Shown: positions 39,187 through 48,070 of the stretch, in pieces
Numbering within the stretch: the stretch's first letter is position 1
How the letters are laid out: the number at the start of each line of letters is the position of its first letter
DNA from: Planctomycetota bacterium
GTDB taxonomy: Bacteria; Planctomycetota; JAJSAM01; JAJVHW01
Reading direction: 5' to 3'
Assembly (NCBI GenBank): GCA_965248445.1
Contig: CBDFJG010000004.1
Span: forward strand, 416,001-480,000
Length of the DNA stretch: 64,000 nt
Translations under genes and position numbers: made by a program
Notes under the pieces: model-generated
The model's input: only the letters and a program-made list of their open reading frames with translations
What the model was told of the DNA's origin: nothing
The model's database searches: none

Positions 39187-40635
39187 GTGCGCGAGGGTCC
39201 GGCGTCCGATCTCACGGGCGTGTCCGAGTTCTTCGATCACGTGGTTCGGTCGCTGGTCCACAGGCGCCCCGAGGGCCGATTTCAGTCGGCAATGGCCCTT
39301 GCCGACGCGCTGTTCAAGGGCGAGTCGTCAGACTGGTGGCAACGGAGGAACTGCCCAGCCGCTGCTGCCGCGGACGCTCGGGCAGCGCCTACGAGCACGC
39401 AGCCACGCACGTCCTTCACGAAGACGGGTCTTCTGATGTTTCACGCGGATGCCCTCCGCGGTCGCGATCGGATGATCGATGCGCTCAGAGTGCTCGATGA
39501 CGCGGCGCGGGCGCAGCCACGGGATCCCGCAATCCGAAACGCGATCGGGCTGTGGTTCCGGGACGCTGGGGACCCAAAGCGCGCCAGAGCCGAACTGCTC
39601 GCCGCCATAGAACTGGCACCGCCTGACCCTCATGGACGTGAGCTTGAGTCGATGGCGAGGTCCAACCTCGGACTCGTTTACATGGACACGGGCCAACTGC
39701 CAGAGGCCCGCGAGCAGTTGCGGCTCCGTCTGGAGTACCTGGATCGCCACCCGGATCCACGCGCGCGAGCCGCGGTTCTGAACAGTCTTGGAAGCGTGTA
39801 TTTTCGGGAACAGCGGTACGCGCAAGCGCGCGAACACTATCAGCTAGCGTGGAGGAGCGCGCGCGCCTGCGGGTATGAGCGTGTCGCGATCGTGAGCCTA
39901 TCGAACCTGGGTAACGTCGCCTATGCGCTGGGCAACTACAACGACGCAGAGCGCCTCTATCGGACGAGCCGAAAGCTCGCTTCCCGGGCCGATGATGTGG
40001 GAGCAGTCGCGTCTGCCCGAGCGAACGAGGCGGGCGTGCTCGTGGCACTTGGGCGCCTTGCGGATGCTCAGCGACTGTATGCGACTTGCCTCGAAGTCGC
40101 CCGCGGGCGAAGTGCCATACGGGACGTCGTACTCGCTCATCTGAACCTCGGAGCGGTGTTCACCTTGCTTGCCCAAGACGTCGCCGCCGAGGCGTCGCTG
40201 TTGGACGCAGTGGAGATGGCGCGTGATCGGGGTCTCGGGGACTTGGAGCCGTTGGCACGTCTCGGCCTTGGCGAATACTTCGCGAGCCGGGGGGACGACT
40301 CCAAAGCGATGGAGTGCTTCTGCCGGGCACTGCTGGCGCTGGGACCGGAGCGTCGTGCTCAATTGGCGCAGGCCCACCTCGGAATCGGACTCGTTGAGGC
40401 TCGCAACGACGACGCGCCTGATGCTCGGCGCGAGTTGTCGCTCGCTCGGGACCTGGCTTTGGAGGCGGGCGGCACGGGCGTTCGCGGTCTGTTCTCGGGC
40501 GCGCGGGCCTCGCGGCTGCTGGCCGAGCGCATCGCCGAAGGCGCAGGTGTCACCGCCCATCGAGCGCCGGTCCTGGGCGTTCTGAGGCGGCCGAACTCGA
40601 GCCCAGGGGGTGGGCGACGTTTGGGCCCACCCTGA
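39187..40635 (+). CDS. TPR-repeat protein starting with a Ser/Thr kinase C-terminal remnant (possibly a pseudogene)
   Basis: RPEGRFQSAMALADAL resembles kinase subdomain XI; repeated (S/N)NLG.VY TPRs; more A/T-ending codons than its neighbours. Confidence 0.6.
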   Translation: MREGPASDLTGVSEFFDHVVRSLVHRRPEGRFQSAMALADALFKGESSDWWQRRNCPAAAAADARAAPTSTQPRTSFTKTGLLMFHADALRGRDRMIDALRVLDDAARAQPRDPAIRNAIGLWFRDAGDPKRARAELLAAIELAPPDPHGRELESMARSNLGLVYMDTGQLPEAREQLRLRLEYLDRHPDPRARAAVLNSLGSVYFREQRYAQAREHYQLAWRSARACGYERVAIVSLSNLGNVAYALGNYNDAERLYRTSRKLASRADDVGAVASARANEAGVLVALGRLADAQRLYATCLEVARGRSAIRDVVLAHLNLGAVFTLLAQDVAAEASLLDAVEMARDRGLGDLEPLARLGLGEYFASRGDDSKAMECFCRALLALGPERRAQLAQAHLGIGLVEARNDDAPDARRELSLARDLALEAGGTGVRGLFSGARASRLLAERIAEGAGVTAHRAPVLGVLRRPNSSPGGGRRLGPP

Positions 40636-40890
40636 GGCGCCGTCCTAAGTCGTTTGCCTGCCTCACGGAATGGCGCGATCGGCGGACACCCTTGCGCCCA
40701 CTCTCGGGGCTCGCGGCTGGCAGGCTCCGGCTGCGCGCGTGTTACATTGTGACACGGCCGGCGGCGTAGCTCAGTCGAGGGGGTACGTCGTGTTGGAGCG
40801 GACGACCCCCACCCGGGGGGACCCATCTCGCGCAGGCTGTGCCGGCTGAACCGAAACGGAGATCCGAAAAATCGAAAACCGAGGATCGCG

Positions 40891-41535
40891 ATGCCGGTGA
40901 GCAAGCCGGGCGGCCGGTGGGAGTGGACCCGTGGCGAGGACGAGATTGTCCAGGCGCTGCGGGTTGCGGGCGTGTCTGCGGACCGTACAGCGGATGCGAT
41001 TGGGTGCGAGCCGCGGTCACTGATTGCGCGGTACGGGGACGTGTTCGGTGCGCCGCGGACGGAGACGCACGAGCGGGCATTCACGGAGAACGAGGTGAAG
41101 ACGGCGGTCGAGATGAAGGCGCACGGGATCGCGGAGCGTCACATCGCGAAGGTGCTGGAGACGTCGATCACGACGTTGCGGAAGCACCTCGGGGACAAGC
41201 TGGCGGTGGCGGAGGCGAACTTGGTGCACGAGGTCGCGCGCGCGCTGGCCGTGAAGGCGAAGAAGGGCGACACGAAGGCGATGATGTTCTTCCTGGAGAA
41301 GCGCGGCGGTGCTGCGTGGCGGGACCGTACGCACGTGGTGCACGAGGGCGTCGGTGTGCTGGTGCCGCCCGGGATGCTGACGGCGGACGCGTGGATTGCG
41401 TCGCACAGCCCGACGGCGCTCGAGGGCGGCGGTGCACGGCCGATTCTCGACGTGGAGCCGGACGCTGTCCGCGACGGGGAGGATGCGCCAGAGGAGGTGG
41501 CGCGCCTCCCCCGCCGGGAAGTCGACGCTGCGTGA
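40891..41535 (+). CDS. Terminase small subunit
   Basis: Two HTH-like segments; KAKKGDTKAMMFFLEKRGG; GTGA overlap with terL. Confidence 0.75.
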   Translation: MPVSKPGGRWEWTRGEDEIVQALRVAGVSADRTADAIGCEPRSLIARYGDVFGAPRTETHERAFTENEVKTAVEMKAHGIAERHIAKVLETSITTLRKHLGDKLAVAEANLVHEVARALAVKAKKGDTKAMMFFLEKRGGAAWRDRTHVVHEGVGVLVPPGMLTADAWIASHSPTALEGGGARPILDVEPDAVRDGEDAPEEVARLPRREVDAA

Positions 41536-44135
41536 GCACGGCGGCTCTTCCGGGCGTGGGTGTGGACGAGCAGCGCGAGCTCGAGGACGGTGTGCGTGCC
41601 GCGCGTGCTTCGGAGTTGTCGCGTGCGTCGAGGTCGGTGAACGGCGCGAAGGTGATCTGGGCGCCGTTGCCCGGTAGCCAGGAAGCGTTCCTGCAGTGCC
41701 CGCTGTTCGAGGTCCTGTACCACGGGAGCCGGGGCGGCGGGAAGACGGACTGCCTGCTGATGTCGTACGCGCAGCACGTCGGACGCGGGCATGGGCCGGC
41801 GTGGCGCGGGATCTTGTTCCGTCAGTCGCACCCGCAGCTGGCGGACGTGATCGCGAAGTCGCAGGAGTGGTTTCCGCGGATCTTCCCCGGTGCGCACTTC
41901 AACATGAGCCGCACGGAGTGGAAGTTCCCCGACGGCGAGATGCTGCTGTTCCGGCACATCGCGCAGCCGGCGGACTACTGGTGCGTGCCGGACGGCGACG
42001 TCCTGACCGAGCGCGGCTGGGCGCCGATCGAGGACGTGCGTGTCGGCGAGCGGGCGCTCACATGCGACCTCGAGACGATGCGCGTCGAGCTGCTTCCGGT
42101 CCGGGAACGGCCGGCCTTCGACTACGACGGTGACATCGTCGAGTACGAGGGCCGCGGACGGTTCATGTCGTTCACGCCGAACCATCGGCTCGTGACCGCC
42201 GATCGAGAGCTCGTCCCGTACTGCGAACTGCCGCGCGAGGCGTCGATCTGCCGTGGCGGGTGGTCCGTGCAGCGCGAGGGGATCGAGTCGTTCGATATCC
42301 CGGCCGTCGAGACGCGGATCCCGTGCGGACAGCCGACGTCGATGAGCGGCGACGACTACTGCGAGTTCATGGGCTGGTATCTCGCAGAGGGGTCGACCGT
42401 CAAGACGCCCGATCGCACCGGCAGGCTGTCGAACATCATCAGCATCGCGCAGAAGAAGACGGACCGCCGCGCGAAGATCGCCGCACTGCTGGATCGGGTT
42501 GGGATCGGCCACAGGGCGACGGACACACAGTTCGTCTGGTCTTCGAAGCGCTGGGCGACCTGGCTCCGGGAGTACGGTGGGTTCCAGCAGAAGTTCATCC
42601 CGCGCAACATCATCGAGTCCGCGAGCGCCGCGCAACTTCGGCAGTTCCTCGACGCGTTCATCGACGGAGACGGGACGCGCCAGGGCGATCGCCTATACGC
42701 GTTCACGTCGTCGCCGGGACTGCGCGACGGAATCTGCGAGGTCGGTGTCCTGCTCGGGTACGCGCCTCACGTGCTCGTGCGCCATCGTGACGAACGCCAG
42801 GTCTCGTACCAGATCTCCCTGAACCCACGATCGAGCCATCGCCTCTACACCGACAACCGCGAGCGGAACATCCGCGAGAACAGCGCGAAGACGCAGGTGA
42901 CCCGTCGTCACCACAAGGGTCGCGTGTACTGCCTGAGCTTCGCGCGGAACCACACGTTCTTCATCCGCCAACGCGGGTCGGTCTGGCTGTCGGGAAACTC
43001 GTATCACGGCCATGAGCTGCCGTGGATCGGGTTCGAGGAGCTGACGAACTGGAACACCGACGAGTGCTACACGCGGATGTTCTCTTGCAGCCGGTCGTCG
43101 CGGAGCGGCATGCCGCGGATGGTGCGGGCGACCACGAACCCGTACGGGGTGGGGACGAACTGGGTGCGGGACCGGTTCAAGCTCGCTGGCCAGTGGGACA
43201 AGGTCGTGGTGATCGAGAAGCCGCTCGGTCGCGGCGGGAAGCTGGAGCCGCCTCGAGCGGCGATCCACAGCCACCTGCGCGAGAACACGGTGCTGATGGC
43301 GGCGGATCCGGACTACGAGCAGAAGATCCGCGCGTCGGCGACCAACGAGGCGATGGCGGAAGCGTGGCTCGACGGATCGTGGGACCTGGTGGCCGGCGGG
43401 ATGTTCGGGGACGTGTGGAACTCGCGCGTCAACGACGTGCCGGACTTCGACGTTCCGGAGTCGTGGCGGATCGATCGCGCGTTCGACTGGGGGTCGAGTG
43501 CGCCGTTCAGCGTGGGCTGGTACGCGGTCAGCGACGGTAGCGATCTGACGCTGCGCGATGACCGCGTGGTGTCGACCGTGCGCGGGGACCTGTTCCGGAT
43601 TCGGGAGTGGTACGGGTGGAACGGGTCGCCGAACAAGGGACTGATGATGCTCGCGGTCGAGATCGCCAAGGGGATCGTGGAGCGCGAGATCGCGTGGGGC
43701 TGGCGGAAAGACCGTCGGTGTCGCGTGAAGGCGGGGCCCGCGGACTCCTCGATCTTCTCGGTCGAGAACGGGATGAGCATCGCGATGGACATGGCGAAGC
43801 CGGTGCACATCGACGGCACGGTGTTCATGGGCATCGAGTGGCTGCGGGCCGACAAGCGGCCTGGCTCACGGAAGATGGGCTGGGAGATGGTGCGGAAGAT
43901 GATGGCGGCCGCGCGGAAACCTGCGCACGGCGGCCCGCGTGAGACGCCGGCGCTGTTCGTGGTCGGGAAGAAGAACCCGCAGTTCCTGCGCACGATGCTC
44001 GTGCTGCCGCGCGATGAGCGGGATCTCGACGACGTCGACACGAAGGCGGAAGACCATGTCGGAGACGAAGTGCGGTATCGCGTGCGTGCCGTCGGGACCG
44101 AGGTGACGTCAGGCACCACGGTGGGGATGTACTGA
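41532..44135 (+). CDS. Terminase large subunit containing an intein
   Basis: Walker A GSRGGGKT, Walker B WIGFEEL, RATTNP, and nuclease DWG and EDH.GDE.RY motifs. Confidence 0.93.
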   Translation: MSTAALPGVGVDEQRELEDGVRAARASELSRASRSVNGAKVIWAPLPGSQEAFLQCPLFEVLYHGSRGGGKTDCLLMSYAQHVGRGHGPAWRGILFRQSHPQLADVIAKSQEWFPRIFPGAHFNMSRTEWKFPDGEMLLFRHIAQPADYWCVPDGDVLTERGWAPIEDVRVGERALTCDLETMRVELLPVRERPAFDYDGDIVEYEGRGRFMSFTPNHRLVTADRELVPYCELPREASICRGGWSVQREGIESFDIPAVETRIPCGQPTSMSGDDYCEFMGWYLAEGSTVKTPDRTGRLSNIISIAQKKTDRRAKIAALLDRVGIGHRATDTQFVWSSKRWATWLREYGGFQQKFIPRNIIESASAAQLRQFLDAFIDGDGTRQGDRLYAFTSSPGLRDGICEVGVLLGYAPHVLVRHRDERQVSYQISLNPRSSHRLYTDNRERNIRENSAKTQVTRRHHKGRVYCLSFARNHTFFIRQRGSVWLSGNSYHGHELPWIGFEELTNWNTDECYTRMFSCSRSSRSGMPRMVRATTNPYGVGTNWVRDRFKLAGQWDKVVVIEKPLGRGGKLEPPRAAIHSHLRENTVLMAADPDYEQKIRASATNEAMAEAWLDGSWDLVAGGMFGDVWNSRVNDVPDFDVPESWRIDRAFDWGSSAPFSVGWYAVSDGSDLTLRDDRVVSTVRGDLFRIREWYGWNGSPNKGLMMLAVEIAKGIVEREIAWGWRKDRRCRVKAGPADSSIFSVENGMSIAMDMAKPVHIDGTVFMGIEWLRADKRPGSRKMGWEMVRKMMAAARKPAHGGPRETPALFVVGKKNPQFLRTMLVLPRDERDLDDVDTKAEDHVGDEVRYRVRAVGTEVTSGTTVGMY
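41982..42998 (+). mobile_element. Intein (339 aa) with LAGLIDADG homing endonuclease
   Basis: Starts CVPDGDVLTERGW; block B TPNHR; LAGLIDADG-like motifs GWYLAEGS and DAFIDGDG; block F VYCL..NHTF; ends SGN followed by +1 Ser. Confidence 0.92.
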
Positions 44136-44839
44136 TGCGAGATCCGCTGTTCGGTTCCTTCATGAGCGCCACCGACGCGGCTGAGAAGGCATATGAACTG
44201 ATCCGCGCGATCCCGCGCGACGGGCGGGGGAACCCGCTGACACTCGAGGGCACGATTCGGTCTGTGATCCTCAAACACCCAGGCATGTTCAAGTACCGAG
44301 ACGACGTGCTCGGCATCCTCTACTGCGTGCTCGGGACCGGGATCCGGTGGCTGGGCGGGCGCCTCGGTGACGTGAACCCCAACGGCTACACCAATCCCCC
44401 GCCCGAGGCGGGAGGGCAGGGGGTCTGGTCGCTGGACCACGGCTTCGACGACTCTCTCAAGAGCATGGGAGCCGCTGGCGAGGCCATGCGAGAGCGCCTC
44501 AAGCAGCGGCACGCGGGGGAACTCCAGGCCGCGATCGAGACGATCGAGAGCATCGACGAGCGGTGCCAGCAGCTCCGGCCGGACGGCAAGTCCTGGTATC
44601 CGATCAGCTGGTACGCGTGCAACCTCTGCGCCCCTGAGGGAGCGCAGGCAGACTTCCGCGACGGAGCGATCGAGACAGCAACGCTCATCGTGAACGCAAC
44701 ACCGGAGCCGGGCACTCAGCGGTGGCTCATTCACCAGCGTACGAAGCGCGTCGCCGGGGAGATCCTCAGCGTGCTGCTGGCAAGGCCGACTGGCGATTCG
44801 CCACCGATCGCTGACGCGACTGCGGTAACGGTCCCGTGA
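44135..44839 (+). CDS. Phage hypothetical protein
   Basis: TGATG coupling to terL; no recognised motif. Confidence 0.65.
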   Translation: MRDPLFGSFMSATDAAEKAYELIRAIPRDGRGNPLTLEGTIRSVILKHPGMFKYRDDVLGILYCVLGTGIRWLGGRLGDVNPNGYTNPPPEAGGQGVWSLDHGFDDSLKSMGAAGEAMRERLKQRHAGELQAAIETIESIDERCQQLRPDGKSWYPISWYACNLCAPEGAQADFRDGAIETATLIVNATPEPGTQRWLIHQRTKRVAGEILSVLLARPTGDSPPIADATAVTVP

Positions 44840-45321
44840 TGGAGGCGCTTGCCCTCCCGGAGACGTCCGACAGCGTGAGGGCGCTCCACGTGATCGAGTG
44901 TCCGGACCCCGCGTGTGATTACGAGGCAGAGGTCCGTGGCCGGTTCATCCGCGCTGACGAAGCGCTGACGGCGCACCTTGTCGGCGAACACGGCGTGCGT
45001 CGACTGGCGGAGCTCGTGATCTCGCTCAGCACCGCGAAGACCATCGCGACCGGCGCTGCACTGCGCGCCACCGGAGCACCGGCGCGGCGTGTCGGGTGGA
45101 TGCGGGGCGATTCTCTGCCACCGATCGGGACAGTCGCGCGAGCGATCCTCGAGCACATGAAGACGATGCCGTTGCGGGAGTGGCGGAACCGTGAGCTGAT
45201 CTCGTTCGCGCCGGCGCATCTGAAGTCGAAGCCGGACACTCGGATCGGGGCAGAACTCACCAACCTCAAGAAGGCGCGGCTGATCGTGAAGGTCGGCCAC
45301 GGCCTGTGGAGAGTGCGATGA
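44836..45321 (+). CDS. Phage protein with C2H2-like Zn finger and C-terminal winged-helix-like domain
   Basis: CPDPAC...HLVGEH; LTNLKKARLIVKVGHGLWRV. Confidence 0.6.
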   Translation: MMEALALPETSDSVRALHVIECPDPACDYEAEVRGRFIRADEALTAHLVGEHGVRRLAELVISLSTAKTIATGAALRATGAPARRVGWMRGDSLPPIGTVARAILEHMKTMPLREWRNRELISFAPAHLKSKPDTRIGAELTNLKKARLIVKVGHGLWRVR

Positions 45322-45385
45322 GCAGCCGAGTACTTGCGTCAGAAGCGCGCGGGCGACGGCGACAACGACGAAAGGGAGACTCAGA

Positions 45386-45970
45386 GTGAGCATCGACACG
45401 CACCGCGTGGTCTGGGGAGCGGTCAATCCTGAGACAGCGATCGACATCAAGGCGACGGAGCTCGCGGCGAAACACGCTGACGAGCAACGCGCGCTTGGTC
45501 GGGAGATCCTGCACATCGATCACAGCGCAACGCGCTTGTCGACGGTCGTCGTGCAGGAGGTTCACGAGACGCGTGAGTCCGCGGAGGCGCTGGCGAACGC
45601 GGCGGAAGGCTGGGAGGCACTGAACAAGCACACGGGCGCGCCGGTACGCGGCATTCAGTACTTCGCGCCCAGCGTGGCGGTGGATCTCGCGCTGCTGTTC
45701 CGAGACGAGACGGAGACCGAGATCGACGCGCGCGCGGAGCTGCGCGGGATCGACCTGGCGCTTGGCGCCGCACAGCAGGCCGCGGACCGGGACTTCGGTC
45801 CTAGCCACATCCTGTGCGTGTGCACCGGTGATGATGAGGTGGACTCGAACTGCCCGGTGCACGGGAGCGTTCGCGCGATCGAGGCCCTCCGGGGGCCGAA
45901 GGCAGAGCGCATCCGGAAGAAGTACGCGGACGCGTCGAAGTCGATGGCGGGCGAGGCGGCGGATGGCTGA
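45386..45970 (+). CDS. Phage hypothetical protein with CxC...CPVH motif
   Basis: GGGAG RBS; CVC...NCPVHG. Confidence 0.6.
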   Translation: MSIDTHRVVWGAVNPETAIDIKATELAAKHADEQRALGREILHIDHSATRLSTVVVQEVHETRESAEALANAAEGWEALNKHTGAPVRGIQYFAPSVAVDLALLFRDETETEIDARAELRGIDLALGAAQQAADRDFGPSHILCVCTGDDEVDSNCPVHGSVRAIEALRGPKAERIRKKYADASKSMAGEAADG

Positions 45971-46313
45971 CGACGCTCCCGATCGCCACCGCCAAGGCAT
46001 CGCGGACGGCATCGCGCTCAGCGCGGCCGTGCTACGCGAGCTCCCCCTCCTCTGGGCGGAGGCGTTCCCGACCGGCGTCGCGCGCGAAGGTGACTCGCCG
46101 GACGACATGCGCGCGTTCGTCGCCATGTTGGGCCCGTACGCGAAGTGGGTCGGAACGCACCTGTCGACCGTCGCGAACGTGTATCCGGCGCCCACGCACA
46201 GCCCCGAGAAGCTCGACGCGTTCATGGCCCGGAACAGGGCTTCAGCGGCGCTCGACATGGCGATGGGCGCGGCTTCGGTCGGCGCTCGCCCCCTGCCCGA
46301 CACCGACTACTGA
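45963..46313 (+). CDS. Phage hypothetical protein
   Basis: ATG overlapping the upstream stop; fills the gap to the portal gene. Confidence 0.55.
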   Translation: MADDAPDRHRQGIADGIALSAAVLRELPLLWAEAFPTGVAREGDSPDDMRAFVAMLGPYAKWVGTHLSTVANVYPAPTHSPEKLDAFMARNRASAALDMAMGAASVGARPLPDTDY

Positions 46314-46334
46314 CCACGAAGCGAGGACCCGTCC

Positions 46335-47801
46335 ATGTCCGTCAGCAGCCCCCACCCGCTCTACTCCGAGTTCCTGCCGGACTGGGAGCAGATGGACGAC
46401 ACGTTCCGCGGTCAGCGCGCCGTCAAGGACAAGGGCGTCCTCTACCTGCCGGCGACGAGCGGGATGATCGACGACGGCATGGGGGTGGAGGACAAGGGCT
46501 ACAAGCAGTACGTCTCGTACCGGCTTCGTGCTCGGTTCCCGAATCTCGTCGGTGAGGCAGTGCGTGCAGCGCTGGGCGTCATGCACCGCGAGCCGCCGAG
46601 GTTCGAGCTGCCGTCCCAGATGGAGTACCTGCGCGAGAGCGCGACGCCGACCGGCGAGTCGCTGTGGATGTTGCTGCAGCGCATCAACGAGCAGCAGCTG
46701 GCGTTCGGGCGTCTCGGGATCCTGGGCGACGTGTTCGACAGCGGCGCGCGCAGGAACAAGCTCTACGTCGCCATCTACTTCGCCAAGGACATCATCAACT
46801 GGGACCAGGGTCGTCGATCCGGCACCGGCGACAAGACCACGAACCTCGTCGTCCTGAACGAGACCGGGAACGTGCGAGACGGCGGCTTCACGTGGAAGGT
46901 CGTCACCAAGTACCGCGTGCTGGTGCTGGGCGACCTGGCGGCGAACGAGGTCGCCGGCGAGGGCGACTACGGCGTAGCGATGGTGGACGAGGACCAGGAA
47001 CTGGGCGCGGTGACGTTCACGCCCCCCGGGGTGTCCGGGAAGGCGGCAACCGAGATCCCGTTCGAGTTCATCAACGCGTCCGACCTCGTCGCGGAGCCGC
47101 AGTGCCCGCCGCTGCTTGGACTCTCGGACCTCTCGCTCGTGGTCTACCGCGGCGACGCCGACCACCGACAGTCGCTGTTCATGCAGGGCCAGGACACGCT
47201 CGTGGTCAGCGGGGGATCGTCGGACGACGAGGAGATTCGCGTAGGAGCCGGTGCCGTCCTCCGCGTGTCCGCTGAGGGCGACGCGAAGTACATCGGGGTC
47301 GAGTCGTCCGGGCTGGAAGAGCAGCGCAGGGCGATTGAGAACGATCGCAAGGAGGGCGCGGCGCTGTCAGGCGAGCTGCTCGACACGACGTCGCGCGAGA
47401 AGGAGTCGGGCGACGCGCTGCGCGTGCGGGTGTCTTCGCGCACCGCGAACCTCAACCAGGTGGCCACCACCGGTGCAGCGGGCCTGCAGTCGCTGCTGCA
47501 GCGGCTCGCGCGATGGATCGGCGCTGACCCCGCGAAGGTCGTGGTCACCCCGAACCTGGACTTCGTCGACGACCGCATGCCGGGTCGCGACCTGATCGAC
47601 CTTGTGACCGCCAAGGGGCTCGGCGCGCCGATCTCCTACGAGTCGATCCACGGTCAGATGAAGGCGCGCGAGCTGACCCAGTTGGACTTCGCTGAGGAGA
47701 TCAAGAAGATCGAGGCAGAGGGAGACCTCGAGTTGGCCGGCATCGCCGGCAGCACGAACCCGAACGGTCCGGCGTCAGGCGACGGCGGAGGTAGCGAGTG
47801 A
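46335..47801 (+). CDS. Portal protein (DUF4055-like)
   Basis: HPLY..W..G..AVK..G..YLP, Y..Y..RA.F, IINW and PPLL.L motifs; position in the module. Confidence 0.88.
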   Translation: MSVSSPHPLYSEFLPDWEQMDDTFRGQRAVKDKGVLYLPATSGMIDDGMGVEDKGYKQYVSYRLRARFPNLVGEAVRAALGVMHREPPRFELPSQMEYLRESATPTGESLWMLLQRINEQQLAFGRLGILGDVFDSGARRNKLYVAIYFAKDIINWDQGRRSGTGDKTTNLVVLNETGNVRDGGFTWKVVTKYRVLVLGDLAANEVAGEGDYGVAMVDEDQELGAVTFTPPGVSGKAATEIPFEFINASDLVAEPQCPPLLGLSDLSLVVYRGDADHRQSLFMQGQDTLVVSGGSSDDEEIRVGAGAVLRVSAEGDAKYIGVESSGLEEQRRAIENDRKEGAALSGELLDTTSREKESGDALRVRVSSRTANLNQVATTGAAGLQSLLQRLARWIGADPAKVVVTPNLDFVDDRMPGRDLIDLVTAKGLGAPISYESIHGQMKARELTQLDFAEEIKKIEAEGDLELAGIAGSTNPNGPASGDGGGSE

Positions 47802-48070
47802 GCGAGCCACGGCGCCTGGTCGTTGTGACGTGGGTCGACTCGATGGGCTGCGCATCGACGTGGTCAGACATCGAGGAGGAGATGACCACTCCGGCTCTGC
47901 CGACCTGTCGGTCCGTCGGCTGGGTGGCACACGACAGCGAGACCTGCATCGTCGTGGTCCCACATGTCGCGACCCACGAGGATCATGAACTCGACCACGG
48001 CTGCGGCGATATGACGATTCCGCGTGCGGCGGTCGTCAGCGTCGAGGACCTCGTGAAGGCGCCGGCGTGA
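47798..48070 (+). CDS. Small phage hypothetical protein
   Basis: VVTWVDS...SVGWV...IPRAAV; overlaps both neighbours. Confidence 0.7.
   Translation: MSEPRRLVVVTWVDSMGCASTWSDIEEEMTTPALPTCRSVGWVAHDSETCIVVVPHVATHEDHELDHGCGDMTIPRAAVVSVEDLVKAPA

Noticed and set aside
39061..40890. tRNA or att site at the prophage left edge
   Set aside because: No cloverleaf or T-loop motif seen, and a matching direct repeat cannot be assessed inside this window.
40839..41531. N-terminal extension of terL
   Set aside because: Overlaps the terS frame; the GTGA-coupled start at 41532 is more plausible.
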